This document shows positions 8,299 to 15,843 of a stretch of DNA of 36,605 nt, one piece after another. Position 1 is the first letter of the stretch, and every line of letters starts with the position of its first letter. A program made the position numbers and the translations under genes. Origin of the DNA: a virus (lineage: Duplodnaviria > Caudoviricetes); the IMG/VR virus record IMGVR_UViG_3300006105_000054, positions 1 to 36,605 of that record. The stretch is one strand, 5' to 3'. The notes under the pieces are model-generated. The model did not search any database, was not told the origin of the DNA, and worked only from the letters and a program-made list of their open reading frames with translations.

Positions 8299-8512
8299 TG
8301 AGCGTGCCTCCTCTATCGTGTTGAATTAAATCGTATGTGTCGCCAGATACACCGCAACCAAAGCACTTGAATCTGTTGGCATCAAAGTTTACTGTGGCGC
8401 TCGCTGTCCCGTCATCATGAAACGGGCAGCGCATCTTACGCCACCCGTGTCCGACATTAGGTAGCCGTGCACCTATACTATTCAGGTAGTCAGCAATGTC
8501 ATGCTTCTCCAC
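8135..8512 (-). CDS. DNA primase zinc-binding (CHC2) part
   Basis: CPFHDD..AS..V...F.CFGCG..GD motif; overlaps the TOPRIM ORF in another frame. Confidence 0.88.
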   Translation of the reverse strand: MEKHDIADYLNSIGARLPNVGHGWRKMRCPFHDDGTASATVNFDANRFKCFGCGVSGDTYDLIQHDRGGTLSEAVEYAETISTSGNTTVRFNTRPSGGVPSRTSAIGRRSSAVSSGLGRRAASGA

Positions 8513-8849
8513 CGCTCATCCCTTTCCGTAGTAGTTCTATCCACACGCTGGCTGGCATGGTTGCGTACCATTGTCCTACATCTCCTCGACCTTTGCGCTT
8601 GTGTATCACAACGCCCGTCCATGCCCCATCGTTCTTCATCTCAACTTCTAACTCACCCAGCCAACCGCTCAAGTCCATCTTGGCATGGTTCTTAATCTCT
8701 ATTGTTACGCCCGGTATACCGGAGATGTCACCCTTATCTAGGGTAGCACCTGCTAGTCGGCGGTCAGCATATGGGAACCATTGCTTCAACCATTTAACTA
8801 CATCGCGTTCTGCTTGCGAACCTTTTGCTTTGGCTGGGTTGTTACCTAT
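8499..8849 (-). CDS. Holliday junction resolvase (Hjc-like PD-(D/E)xK); inferred start ATA at 8849, ORF track start TTG at 8789
   Basis: Frame reads (I)GNNPAKAKGSQAERDVVKWL...DKGDI...IEIKN...VVIHKR; KG...E, D and ExK catalytic motifs. Confidence 0.8.
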   Translation of the reverse strand: MGNNPAKAKGSQAERDVVKWLKQWFPYADRRLAGATLDKGDISGIPGVTIEIKNHAKMDLSGWLGELEVEMKNDGAWTGVVIHKRKGRGDVGQWYATMPASVWIELLRKGMSGGEA

Positions 8850-9667
8850 AACGGCATCATCTCCTGTGAACTATCTCTAATTACATCTTCTAAGTACATG
8901 GACTCAGGGTCAAACGATAGCTCAACATATGTCTCGCCCGTCTGGTCTGCCTTGCCGTATCTGTTCTTGACTGGTGCTACACATAAGTAGTAGTCCCTGC
9001 CTGTAGGCAGTAGCTTCTGACCTACGGTAAGAACCATAGCTGGAATCTGATTCACCATACCTTGTAAAGAGGAACGTGGTTGGCACGGATGTCCTTGGAA
9101 TCCTTCTTTGGTATGGTGTAGTACCAACACACATGCATTGGTATCACGGGCTAGGTACTTCAACTCCTTCATAGCTGCACGCATGCCAGCAAACTCTTCA
9201 TGTCCATCCATTGCGATGTCCATCAAGTTGTCTACCACTATAAGTGTAGGGCTTCTGCCCCACATAGTTTCGAATGCGGCTACCTCTTCGTCCAAGTCCT
9301 TGAGTGTAGGACTAGGTTCAAATGACCAGTACAAATGACTCTGAGAAGAGAGGATAGATTCTGCTCTATCAGGGGTGCGTCGCATCAACTCCTCTGCTTG
9401 CTGCTGAGTCATTCGTCCTGTCATAGCAATGAGTCTCATTGCCATAGTATGAGCGTTAGTATCTGCACTGAAGTATAGTGTCGGTTGCTTAAGCCTTGCC
9501 GCTATATGCAAAGCAACCGAGGACTTACCAGCCCCGGGTGTACCAGCAATGACTGTTACCTCAGCACGACGGAGTATGATACCCGCTCTAGCAAACGACT
9601 GAAAAGGCGGGGCTAATGGCTCCCCGCCTACTTCACTCTTGCGAATACTACGCCGTAATGTTTTCAT
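8846..9667 (-). CDS. DnaB/RecA-family helicase-like ATPase
   Basis: Walker A GTPGAGKS, Walker B IVVDNL, LHH and KNRYG motifs. Confidence 0.9.
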   Translation of the reverse strand: MKTLRRSIRKSEVGGEPLAPPFQSFARAGIILRRAEVTVIAGTPGAGKSSVALHIAARLKQPTLYFSADTNAHTMAMRLIAMTGRMTQQQAEELMRRTPDRAESILSSQSHLYWSFEPSPTLKDLDEEVAAFETMWGRSPTLIVVDNLMDIAMDGHEEFAGMRAAMKELKYLARDTNACVLVLHHTKEGFQGHPCQPRSSLQGMVNQIPAMVLTVGQKLLPTGRDYYLCVAPVKNRYGKADQTGETYVELSFDPESMYLEDVIRDSSQEMMPL

Positions 9668-10110
9668 TACTTCACGCGGTCAGGTACAAATGTGTTCCAC
9701 TCGGGACTGTTCTCTTTAACATAGACAGTCTTACACTTGGTTAAGTCACCCTGTGCTGATGGACAGAAGTAACCCTTGTAGATACCGCCTTGCTTAGATG
9801 GTCCTTGCAATGCTGTCATCTTACCGTGTGGACATGAGCGCCCCCCACCAATAGGGGCTGGGCTAAAAGGTGGTGTGTCTTGTACTACCTGTGCGTTAGG
9901 GAACTGAGCAGCGATGTTACCTAGTGCGGCATTCATTGTGCCACCACCACGAACTGCAGCTTCTAGTTCCTGTGTCGCAGACTTGATTGACTCAAGGCTG
10001 AGTGCAATGGTCTGGTCTAGTTGTTCGCCTGTCTCTGCTCGTACTGTTACGAGAGAGCCAGCCGCTGTCTTGACTGTGATACTGATGGGAGCTTCTGTGC
10101 TAGCCATCAT
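9667..10110 (-). CDS. Conserved replication-arm protein with C-terminal Cys/His zinc motif (possible ssDNA-binding or recombination partner)
   Basis: ATGA overlap at 10110 with SD AGGAGG; CPHG.M...G.SK...Y...CP motif; lies between exonuclease and helicase. Confidence 0.65.
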   Translation of the reverse strand: MMASTEAPISITVKTAAGSLVTVRAETGEQLDQTIALSLESIKSATQELEAAVRGGGTMNAALGNIAAQFPNAQVVQDTPPFSPAPIGGGRSCPHGKMTALQGPSKQGGIYKGYFCPSAQGDLTKCKTVYVKENSPEWNTFVPDRVK

Positions 10111-10874
10111 CCCTCCTTGTCGAATGGAATGATGAGACCCTTTTGGTCTCGCCATTTTCTTGCTTGCATTGCTATCTGTATTCCTTGCCATCCTTCTTTG
10201 ATGTCAACCCAATGCAATGTGCATTGTGCTTTACCTGCTGGCAAGTGTACAACTATGGCTCGGTCTTGATTGACCTTACCCCAACTGCCACGCTGTCCCG
10301 TAGCAGGGTCATACGGGGCGGCGTGTGCGTACACGCTGAGCTGCATCGCTACGCTAGTAGGGTGCAGTGAACCCGTCTTAAGGTCGGAGATGTATAGCTC
10401 TCCTTCGTACTCAACAATACGGTCTGGTGTGCCAGCAATCTTGTACTCATCAAGTACACAGAACTGTTCCATCCATACATTCTTAAAGTTAGCGGTTGCA
10501 TTAGCGTACGCTTTAAGGTCCGCAAGATACAAGTCCGGTACTACACCTAGCTCTTCGCCTCGGTCTAGCACTTCGGTCAACGCATGTACAGCAGACCCAA
10601 TACGAGCAGCAGAGTTAGCACCTGCTGCCTCCATTGCATCCTCGACTAATGCATTTAATTCTTTAGTGTTGTCTTTATCTGTGGCAGCTACAGCCAGCAA
10701 CAAGTCTGGTCGCTGTGATAAACCAATGCATGCCATGCGCATCTTCCATGCGATGAGCGCAGTGCCGTCATCTAATGAGCCAGCTACTGTGGTGGTACGA
10801 GTATACGCCACAGGTTTACCACCATCAGGTGGTATGACTAATGGTCTGCCGTATCTATCGCGTTCAATATCCAT
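10107..10874 (-). CDS. RecB/Cas4-like PD-(D/E)xK exonuclease
   Basis: G..VH, E, AGTPDR, DLKTG and QL..YA motifs; ATG at 10874 after SD GAAAGGG. Confidence 0.88.
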   Translation of the reverse strand: MDIERDRYGRPLVIPPDGGKPVAYTRTTTVAGSLDDGTALIAWKMRMACIGLSQRPDLLLAVAATDKDNTKELNALVEDAMEAAGANSAARIGSAVHALTEVLDRGEELGVVPDLYLADLKAYANATANFKNVWMEQFCVLDEYKIAGTPDRIVEYEGELYISDLKTGSLHPTSVAMQLSVYAHAAPYDPATGQRGSWGKVNQDRAIVVHLPAGKAQCTLHWVDIKEGWQGIQIAMQARKWRDQKGLIIPFDKEG

Positions 10875-10878
10875 GATT

Positions 10879-10940
10879 CCCTTTCGTAGTACAGCCAAGC
10901 GGGATAGTGAAAGAGGTCAAAGTCTACCCCGCTTGACCGC
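10879..10940 (-). promoter_or_regulatory. Structured 5' leader: 17-bp hairpin with anti-SD loop upstream of the exonuclease
   Basis: Minus-strand GCGGUCAAGCGGGGUAG/CUAUCCCGCUUGGCUGU (four G-U pairs); loop contains CUCUUUC, complementary to the SD GAAAGGG. Confidence 0.65.
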
Positions 10941-10946
10941 GTTGGA

Positions 10947-11075
10947 CTAGTCTACCTTGCCCAGTCTATTCCATGCGCACGACACGCAGTAATAGTAGGT
11001 AGTCTTGTCCGATGTTGCTACCATTATCTCCTTATAACAGGAGGCGCAGGTGGTAGCTAAGTATTCAGTCGGCAT
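10947..11075 (-). CDS. 42-aa CxxC...CxxC zinc-finger microprotein (not in ORF track)
   Basis: MPTEYLATTCASCYKEIMVATSDKTTYYYCVSCAWNRLGKVD*; fills the gap in the operon. Confidence 0.65.
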   Translation of the reverse strand: MPTEYLATTCASCYKEIMVATSDKTTYYYCVSCAWNRLGKVD

Positions 11076-11223
11076 TGTACTTGGGTGCAATCAAGCTGTC
11101 AACTACTGTGCGTTGTCCGGGAAAGTTATTAGCCCAGACATGGGCATTAGCTGGTGTATCAAACGGACCATAGACTAAGATTTGGTCATCAAGTCTATGG
11201 ACTATCAGTATGTACTGGTTCAT
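11065..11223 (-). CDS. Small hypothetical protein
   Basis: ATGA-coupled start at 11223: MNQYILIV...YGPFDT... Confidence 0.65.
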   Translation of the reverse strand: MNQYILIVHRLDDQILVYGPFDTPANAHVWANNFPGQRTVVDSLIAPKYNAD

Positions 11224-12035
11224 AATGAACTCCATCCTATTTCTTTTGAGCTGTGCTTTGGCTGCCAGCACATGCATAGTGTGTAATCATTGCTACATTC
11301 TAAACAATAGCCGCAGTAAAGGCAAGCATTGTCTGCACTTGTCAACATGGTTTCATCTAACAATGCACCACACTTATCGTTAGGGCAAAGGATTGCTGGT
11401 TCTTCTGCATCTTGCTTAGACCACCAGTCTAGGTTCTTCTTAGTACGGTAGCTGGTAGCCCATGAGTCTAGGTAGCAGGTTTGATTAGACCACCACACAC
11501 CTGTCTCATCTTCCCAACCAGACTTAGCATTAAGTAGATACAGTGGGTGCTTAGCAGCTGGGTCAACAGTAAGGATAGCTACCTTAGAACCATGCGTGTA
11601 GTCTTCAAACATATCAAAGACCCAGTCATTATCTAAGGCAGTGACACCACCAACAGCAGGCAACAACTCTTCAGCAAAAACACGGGTATCACTACGGTCA
11701 TCTGCATCTGGGATGTTGACATCCAACATACCATTGTGTGCTAGGTAGGTACGCTTGTCGCCACCTACAATAAACGGATGGCAGTTAGCTACAGTCTTGC
11801 TACCATGAGTAGCATACCGAGCATGCCAGATAGCATAGCCATCTGGATACTGAGTACGCAGCTTAAGGAAGTTGTTGATGGATTCATCTGCATTCATAGT
11901 ACGCTCGCAGATAATACGCTGCTCATCCGGCACAGCAATAGCAAAGCCAAAGCCATGTGGATTATTAAGAGCAGAGTTCTCTAGCTTGTCAATGGATGGG
12001 ATTACATTGGGCGGGATAACACACAACATGCACAT
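11220..12035 (-). CDS. Class II (Ntn) glutamine amidotransferase with Cys-rich C-terminus
   Basis: N-terminal M-C nucleophile, NPHGFG, HARYATHG, NCHPF, HNG and SDT motifs. Confidence 0.93.
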   Translation of the reverse strand: MCMLCVIPPNVIPSIDKLENSALNNPHGFGFAIAVPDEQRIICERTMNADESINNFLKLRTQYPDGYAIWHARYATHGSKTVANCHPFIVGGDKRTYLAHNGMLDVNIPDADDRSDTRVFAEELLPAVGGVTALDNDWVFDMFEDYTHGSKVAILTVDPAAKHPLYLLNAKSGWEDETGVWWSNQTCYLDSWATSYRTKKNLDWWSKQDAEEPAILCPNDKCGALLDETMLTSADNACLYCGYCLECSNDYTLCMCWQPKHSSKEIGWSSL

Positions 12036-13648
12036 TAGGATTCCTCATTTCCGTCGTAATTACGTGCGAATGTCTCATTCAAGATGATGAACAAGTTAGG
12101 GTAAGTGTCCTGATGGGTAGTTACATAAGTAACAAATCGTGCCCATGAGAACGGTACTTGCTTAGGTACAATCTTCATGTCACGGGTGAACTCAACCGCA
12201 GCATGAACAAACTCGATACCAGATAGGACTCGCTCTTTACGTAGCGAGCCACGGAATACACGAACCTCAGCCGTGTACTCTGGCTCAAGGTTGACAGCAG
12301 AGTAACGACCAGCAGATTGGCGTGTGTACTTTACCTTTCTAATGATGTCACCTTTGTCTTGGAACCTAGCAAAGTCACTAGTGCGACCAGCAATGCGTGT
12401 TACTTGCTGTTCGTTATCGTAAATAAACTTGTTGAATCGAATGAGATGCTTGTCAGTTGCAGGATAGTTACTATCAAATGCAACCTTACCAACATGCACA
12501 TGCAGACCACAAGTGCCAGGGTTCCATGAACGTACACCCATACGCTTGAGCTGCTCAAGAAATGACCAGTCAAGGTTGTGATACTCATCAAGAGTATGTG
12601 GATGGGTGACAATCTCAAAGCCGTTGTCAAGTGAGCCATCGTTCTTAAGATAAGCACGGTTACCTAACCAACCAGTAACGTACTCAGCAACACTACGTTT
12701 GTTGTTGTTCTTGACTTCAACCTCAAGCTCAATGCCCATGTAATATGGCTGCTCGCTGTCAGGAAAGAACAATGGCGTAGGTTTGTAACCATAGCTATGG
12801 ATGAGGGCTGTACTGTTCTCACAGTCATGACCATCATCTTCATGATACTCATCATTGCATCCATCACAATACAAGTAGCTGTCATAATGTTCTTGACACA
12901 ACCGAATACTGCGTGCTTGTGAGTAATACGTATCATGAAAAGTATACCCATCACATTGTTCACAGTAGTTAGGTTCGACTTCGTTCCAGCATTCTTCGCA
13001 ATAATGCTTATCATCTGCTTCGTAACGAGTTGCATTGTTGTAATCAAATGTATTCTCACACATAGCACATTCGAATGCGCAACGTTGATGAATCATCTGA
13101 ACATCATCTGGTTCTTCGCGGTCAATGATAGCTTTAACACCACGCCAACTATTAGGAAAAATTGTGTCGTCATCACTGACAACAGGAAGTCCGCATGCAC
13201 ATTCCGGTGTATCATCATGTACAAACAGAGAGTCAGGTAACATTCTGTTATGAACGCTGTCATACTGTTGGATAAAATCCTCACTAGCATTGACAGTAAA
13301 GAATGCAGAACGAATGCAATCCATACATGCATTCTCAATAACCTTACGGTCAACAAGTAGTTGAGACATAGGGTTTACTGTGTAATCAAAAAGATAACGG
13401 GGCTTTGTTCCACCATAACATGCAAGGCGATTAGCGCATACACCAACACCTTTGTATGTTACAGGAAAATTATTCCAAGTGCTAATAAGATAGTTCTTGC
13501 TAGCATCAGAGATGTAGTTCCAGTAGTTATAAGTCTTGTATTCACCGTCACTTTGACGACGCTGAAAGTTCATACTGGATACTTCGTTAATACACTGCTG
13601 AGTTAGTTCATTAGCTGGGCTAACTAACTCAACTGTTTTAGTTGTCAT
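12035..13648 (-). CDS. Putative amidoligase (glutamine-synthetase-like COOH-NH2 ligase, Amidoligase_2) with N-terminal multi-CxxC zinc region
   Basis: GIELEVE, DGSL..GFEIVTHP, CGLHVHV, RY.AVN and EVR.FRG motifs; TAATG coupling to the GATase. Confidence 0.88.
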   Translation of the reverse strand: MTTKTVELVSPANELTQQCINEVSSMNFQRRQSDGEYKTYNYWNYISDASKNYLISTWNNFPVTYKGVGVCANRLACYGGTKPRYLFDYTVNPMSQLLVDRKVIENACMDCIRSAFFTVNASEDFIQQYDSVHNRMLPDSLFVHDDTPECACGLPVVSDDDTIFPNSWRGVKAIIDREEPDDVQMIHQRCAFECAMCENTFDYNNATRYEADDKHYCEECWNEVEPNYCEQCDGYTFHDTYYSQARSIRLCQEHYDSYLYCDGCNDEYHEDDGHDCENSTALIHSYGYKPTPLFFPDSEQPYYMGIELEVEVKNNNKRSVAEYVTGWLGNRAYLKNDGSLDNGFEIVTHPHTLDEYHNLDWSFLEQLKRMGVRSWNPGTCGLHVHVGKVAFDSNYPATDKHLIRFNKFIYDNEQQVTRIAGRTSDFARFQDKGDIIRKVKYTRQSAGRYSAVNLEPEYTAEVRVFRGSLRKERVLSGIEFVHAAVEFTRDMKIVPKQVPFSWARFVTYVTTHQDTYPNLFIILNETFARNYDGNEES

Positions 13649-13663
13649 GGCTATCCTTTCTGT

Positions 13664-14095
13664 TTAATACCAACCGTGTGTTCGGTGGTATGACCAAGCG
13701 ATGCTTGGCTTTCCATAACGATGTGCTATGTAAGCCAGCCCTTTGTCAATCTGAACAGGGGCTGGCGTCCGTGGGTCTAGTGCTAGTATTTGTGGAATAC
13801 CACCAGCATGTGTACCGTCAGTCGGGTCACCGACTTCTTTGTTGTATGCGCTGGGATTCCAATGCGATTCTGCAGTCCATAACTTATTCAATGCTTTGTA
13901 TTCACCACGTCCCCAGTTGTACCGTTGCTGTGCCATAGCCCGCGCATAGGCACGGCTAATGGCAGCAGTCCAGTACTTGTTAGGTATGTCCTCACATTTA
14001 ATGCTATTGACCGTTAGTGCTTGAGCTTTAGGTGGGAACAGTACCGACCAAAACGCTAGATAAATAACGCTGATATAAGTTATAGCTTTACGCAT
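13664..14095 (-). CDS. Secreted lytic transglycosylase (SLT/lysozyme-like)
   Basis: Signal peptide ending AQA, catalytic ES.WNP.A.N, GIPQ, QI..GL.YI..RYG.P..AW...GWY. Confidence 0.88.
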   Translation of the reverse strand: MRKAITYISVIYLAFWSVLFPPKAQALTVNSIKCEDIPNKYWTAAISRAYARAMAQQRYNWGRGEYKALNKLWTAESHWNPSAYNKEVGDPTDGTHAGGIPQILALDPRTPAPVQIDKGLAYIAHRYGKPSIAWSYHRTHGWY

Positions 14096-14096
14096 G

Positions 14097-14273
14097 TCAC
14101 TCCTTTGTGTCTGAGTTCAACCACTCTTCCCAGTCCATCAAATCATCTGGGTCAGTAGCATCTGCAATGCCAGCTTGGTAGCCTGTCCACCACGCATGAC
14201 GATAGGTAAAGTACCATACGCCTAATGCTAGCAGAGTATCAACAAGCATGTTGAATCCATTGTAGAATATCAT
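14097..14273 (-). CDS. Small single-TM protein
   Basis: ATGA-coupled start at 14273; hydrophobic helix, GYQAG motif, acidic tail. Confidence 0.6.
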   Translation of the reverse strand: MIFYNGFNMLVDTLLALGVWYFTYRHAWWTGYQAGIADATDPDDLMDWEEWLNSDTKE

Positions 14274-14470
14274 TGGATATTCACCCACTGAGCAGCTACA
14301 TTGAGCAGGTTGTTGTAGTCACCTGACATAGACTCATCCTGATACTGGTTGATTTCTTCTTCACTGACGCCAGCTTGGCGCAGTGCTTTAGACACGGCAG
14401 CCATGATAGCAAAGGCATTGCCGTCCCTGCCACTGAGCTGTACTGTTACGTTATACTTTGTTGCATTCAT
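14270..14470 (-). CDS. Conserved small phage early protein (G.DGNAF...SGDY.NLL family)
   Basis: LSGRDGNAFAIM...ALRQAG...SGDYNNLL motif; SD AGGAGG. Confidence 0.8.
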   Translation of the reverse strand: MNATKYNVTVQLSGRDGNAFAIMAAVSKALRQAGVSEEEINQYQDESMSGDYNNLLNVAAQWVNIQ

Positions 14471-14640
14471 TACTCTGCCTCCTTGTTTGTTAGTAGTAAA
14501 TCCTCGAGCATCTTTACCCGGGACTCAGTCTTCTTGATGTGCTGTGCCATTGTCATCTGAACGTTGGACAACTGCACGATAGCTTTCATAGTTTCTGTCT
14601 GTGATTCCATAAGCTGGAACAACGTAGGCATCTCAGCCAT
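14470..14640 (-). CDS. 56-aa coiled-coil hypothetical protein (not in ORF track)
   Basis: MAEMPTLFQLMESQTETMKAIVQL...LLTNKEAE*; SD GGAGAG; TAATG coupling to the next gene. Confidence 0.7.
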   Translation of the reverse strand: MAEMPTLFQLMESQTETMKAIVQLSNVQMTMAQHIKKTESRVKMLEDLLLTNKEAE

Positions 14641-14866
14641 TTACTCTCCACTCTTTCTTGTTGATAGTTGTGTCTGTTTCTACATGTATGATAGCTGAAC
14701 CTGCAGTCCAGCGCGCATGCCTGTAGCCTGACAGCGTACAAAGATAATGTTTATATGCTGACTGATAGTCAGCGAAGTACTTCACGTAATCATCTTGCCA
14801 GTGGTCTGCGTATGTCACTACCTTATAGGCTTTGGTCTTGACATGTGAGACAGATACTGAATCCAT
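14633..14866 (-). CDS. Hypothetical early protein
   Basis: 77 aa ORF with strong SD TAAGGAGG. Confidence 0.7.
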   Translation of the reverse strand: MDSVSVSHVKTKAYKVVTYADHWQDDYVKYFADYQSAYKHYLCTLSGYRHARWTAGSAIIHVETDTTINKKEWRVNG

Positions 14867-14921
14867 ATGTCCTCCTTAATATGGACATGTGTGGCAGACG
14901 GTTACGTTGCTAGGTCCGCAT

Positions 14922-14964
14922 AAAAAAAAGCAGAGCAGAGCAGACCGAAGCCTGCTCTGCTCTG
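14922..14964 (-). terminator. Rho-independent terminator
   Basis: Minus strand CAGAGCAGAGCAG-GCTTCGGT-CTGCTCTGCTCTG-CTTTTTTT (UUCG loop, U-tract). Confidence 0.9.
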
Positions 14965-14971
14965 TGATTTG

Positions 14972-15265
14972 CTACGCTAGGATAAGTTGCTCAACCTGAA
15001 TCTGGGTGAACGGCTTGAAGCGTTGTGAGTTCTCGATGCCAGGGCGTCGGTCGAACCGAGTGACTACATTACCTACGATGGATACCTTAGCATCGTTAGG
15101 AATATCCTTGACGAGAAGCTGAGCCTCACCAATAAATACTAGAGGCATGGTGGCAATACACTTACCATCGCCGTCGCGCTCCGAGAAGTTAGCTGTCGTG
15201 ATGCTACCTGTCGTACCCTTGACTGTGATGTTCTTGATGGTACCTACTGCGTTTGTTACCTTCAT
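14972..15265 (-). CDS. Small beta-rich protein, possible OB-fold ssDNA-binding protein
   Basis: Pattern N.VG.I...V.IVG.V.TR.D.......TQI.V..L resembles an SSB/PriB OB fold; lacks an acidic tail. Confidence 0.5.
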   Translation of the reverse strand: MKVTNAVGTIKNITVKGTTGSITTANFSERDGDGKCIATMPLVFIGEAQLLVKDIPNDAKVSIVGNVVTRFDRRPGIENSQRFKPFTQIQVEQLILA

Positions 15266-15309
15266 CTTATTCTCTCTTTCGTGAGTGTGTTAGTTAGTTG
15301 GTTAGCAGC

Positions 15310-15341
15310 GACTGCCTCTGCCGATAGGCACAGAGGCAGTC
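15310..15341. other. Intergenic 11-bp hairpin (possible processing or stability element)
   Basis: GACTGCCTCTG / CAGAGGCAGTC with a 10-nt loop and no U-tract. Confidence 0.55.
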
Positions 15342-15357
15342 AGCCTGACTACGATTG

Positions 15358-15843
15358 TTAGTTACAGTTTGGACAAGCAACGTGTGAGTTGCATGCATAG
15401 TGACAGCTTGGGCACACAGCTTCGTGGTTGGAAAGCTCGAGCTCTGGCTCGAAGTAGCGGTCAACCATGTGAACTACAGGCTCGAGGAACTCACGACGAA
15501 TCCACCATTGGTCGGCTGGTTCGATGAACTCAACCTTGAAGGTGACGAGATGACAGTGGTCATCCCATTCCTCAACCATACGGACTTGCTTAGGAGCACG
15601 ACCGAGGATGATTTCTGAGTCGACGAAGTCAGACTCAGCAAGGTCGGAGTGCTCGACGACCTTGGACTCAGGCACACGGTCAGCCTCGCGAAGCGACCAA
15701 GCGATGCTTGCGTCGCGAGCTTCTTTGGACTCCTCAACTGCGGTACACTTGAGACAAGTCCAGCCTAGGACTTCGCACATATCGCAGTCACCATCGTAAT
15801 CTACAACGACGGTCAAGCCTTCTTGTTCGTATTGTTCGGACAT
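15358..15843 (-). CDS. Acidic hypothetical early protein with paired CxxC motifs at both termini
   Basis: CDMC...CLKC and CPSC...CPNC; purine-rich SD upstream; first gene of the leftward arm. Confidence 0.7.
   Translation of the reverse strand: MSEQYEQEGLTVVVDYDGDCDMCEVLGWTCLKCTAVEESKEARDASIAWSLREADRVPESKVVEHSDLAESDFVDSEIILGRAPKQVRMVEEWDDHCHLVTFKVEFIEPADQWWIRREFLEPVVHMVDRYFEPELELSNHEAVCPSCHYACNSHVACPNCN

Noticed and set aside
10107-10874. Cas4-like gene as evidence of a CRISPR system
   Set aside because: No repeat-spacer array or other cas genes; stand-alone RecB-like nucleases are routine in phage replication arms
10270-10950. 226-aa plus-strand ORF
   Set aside because: Antisense to the exonuclease, no motifs, against the arm's direction; the same applies to 478-1086 and other nested ORFs
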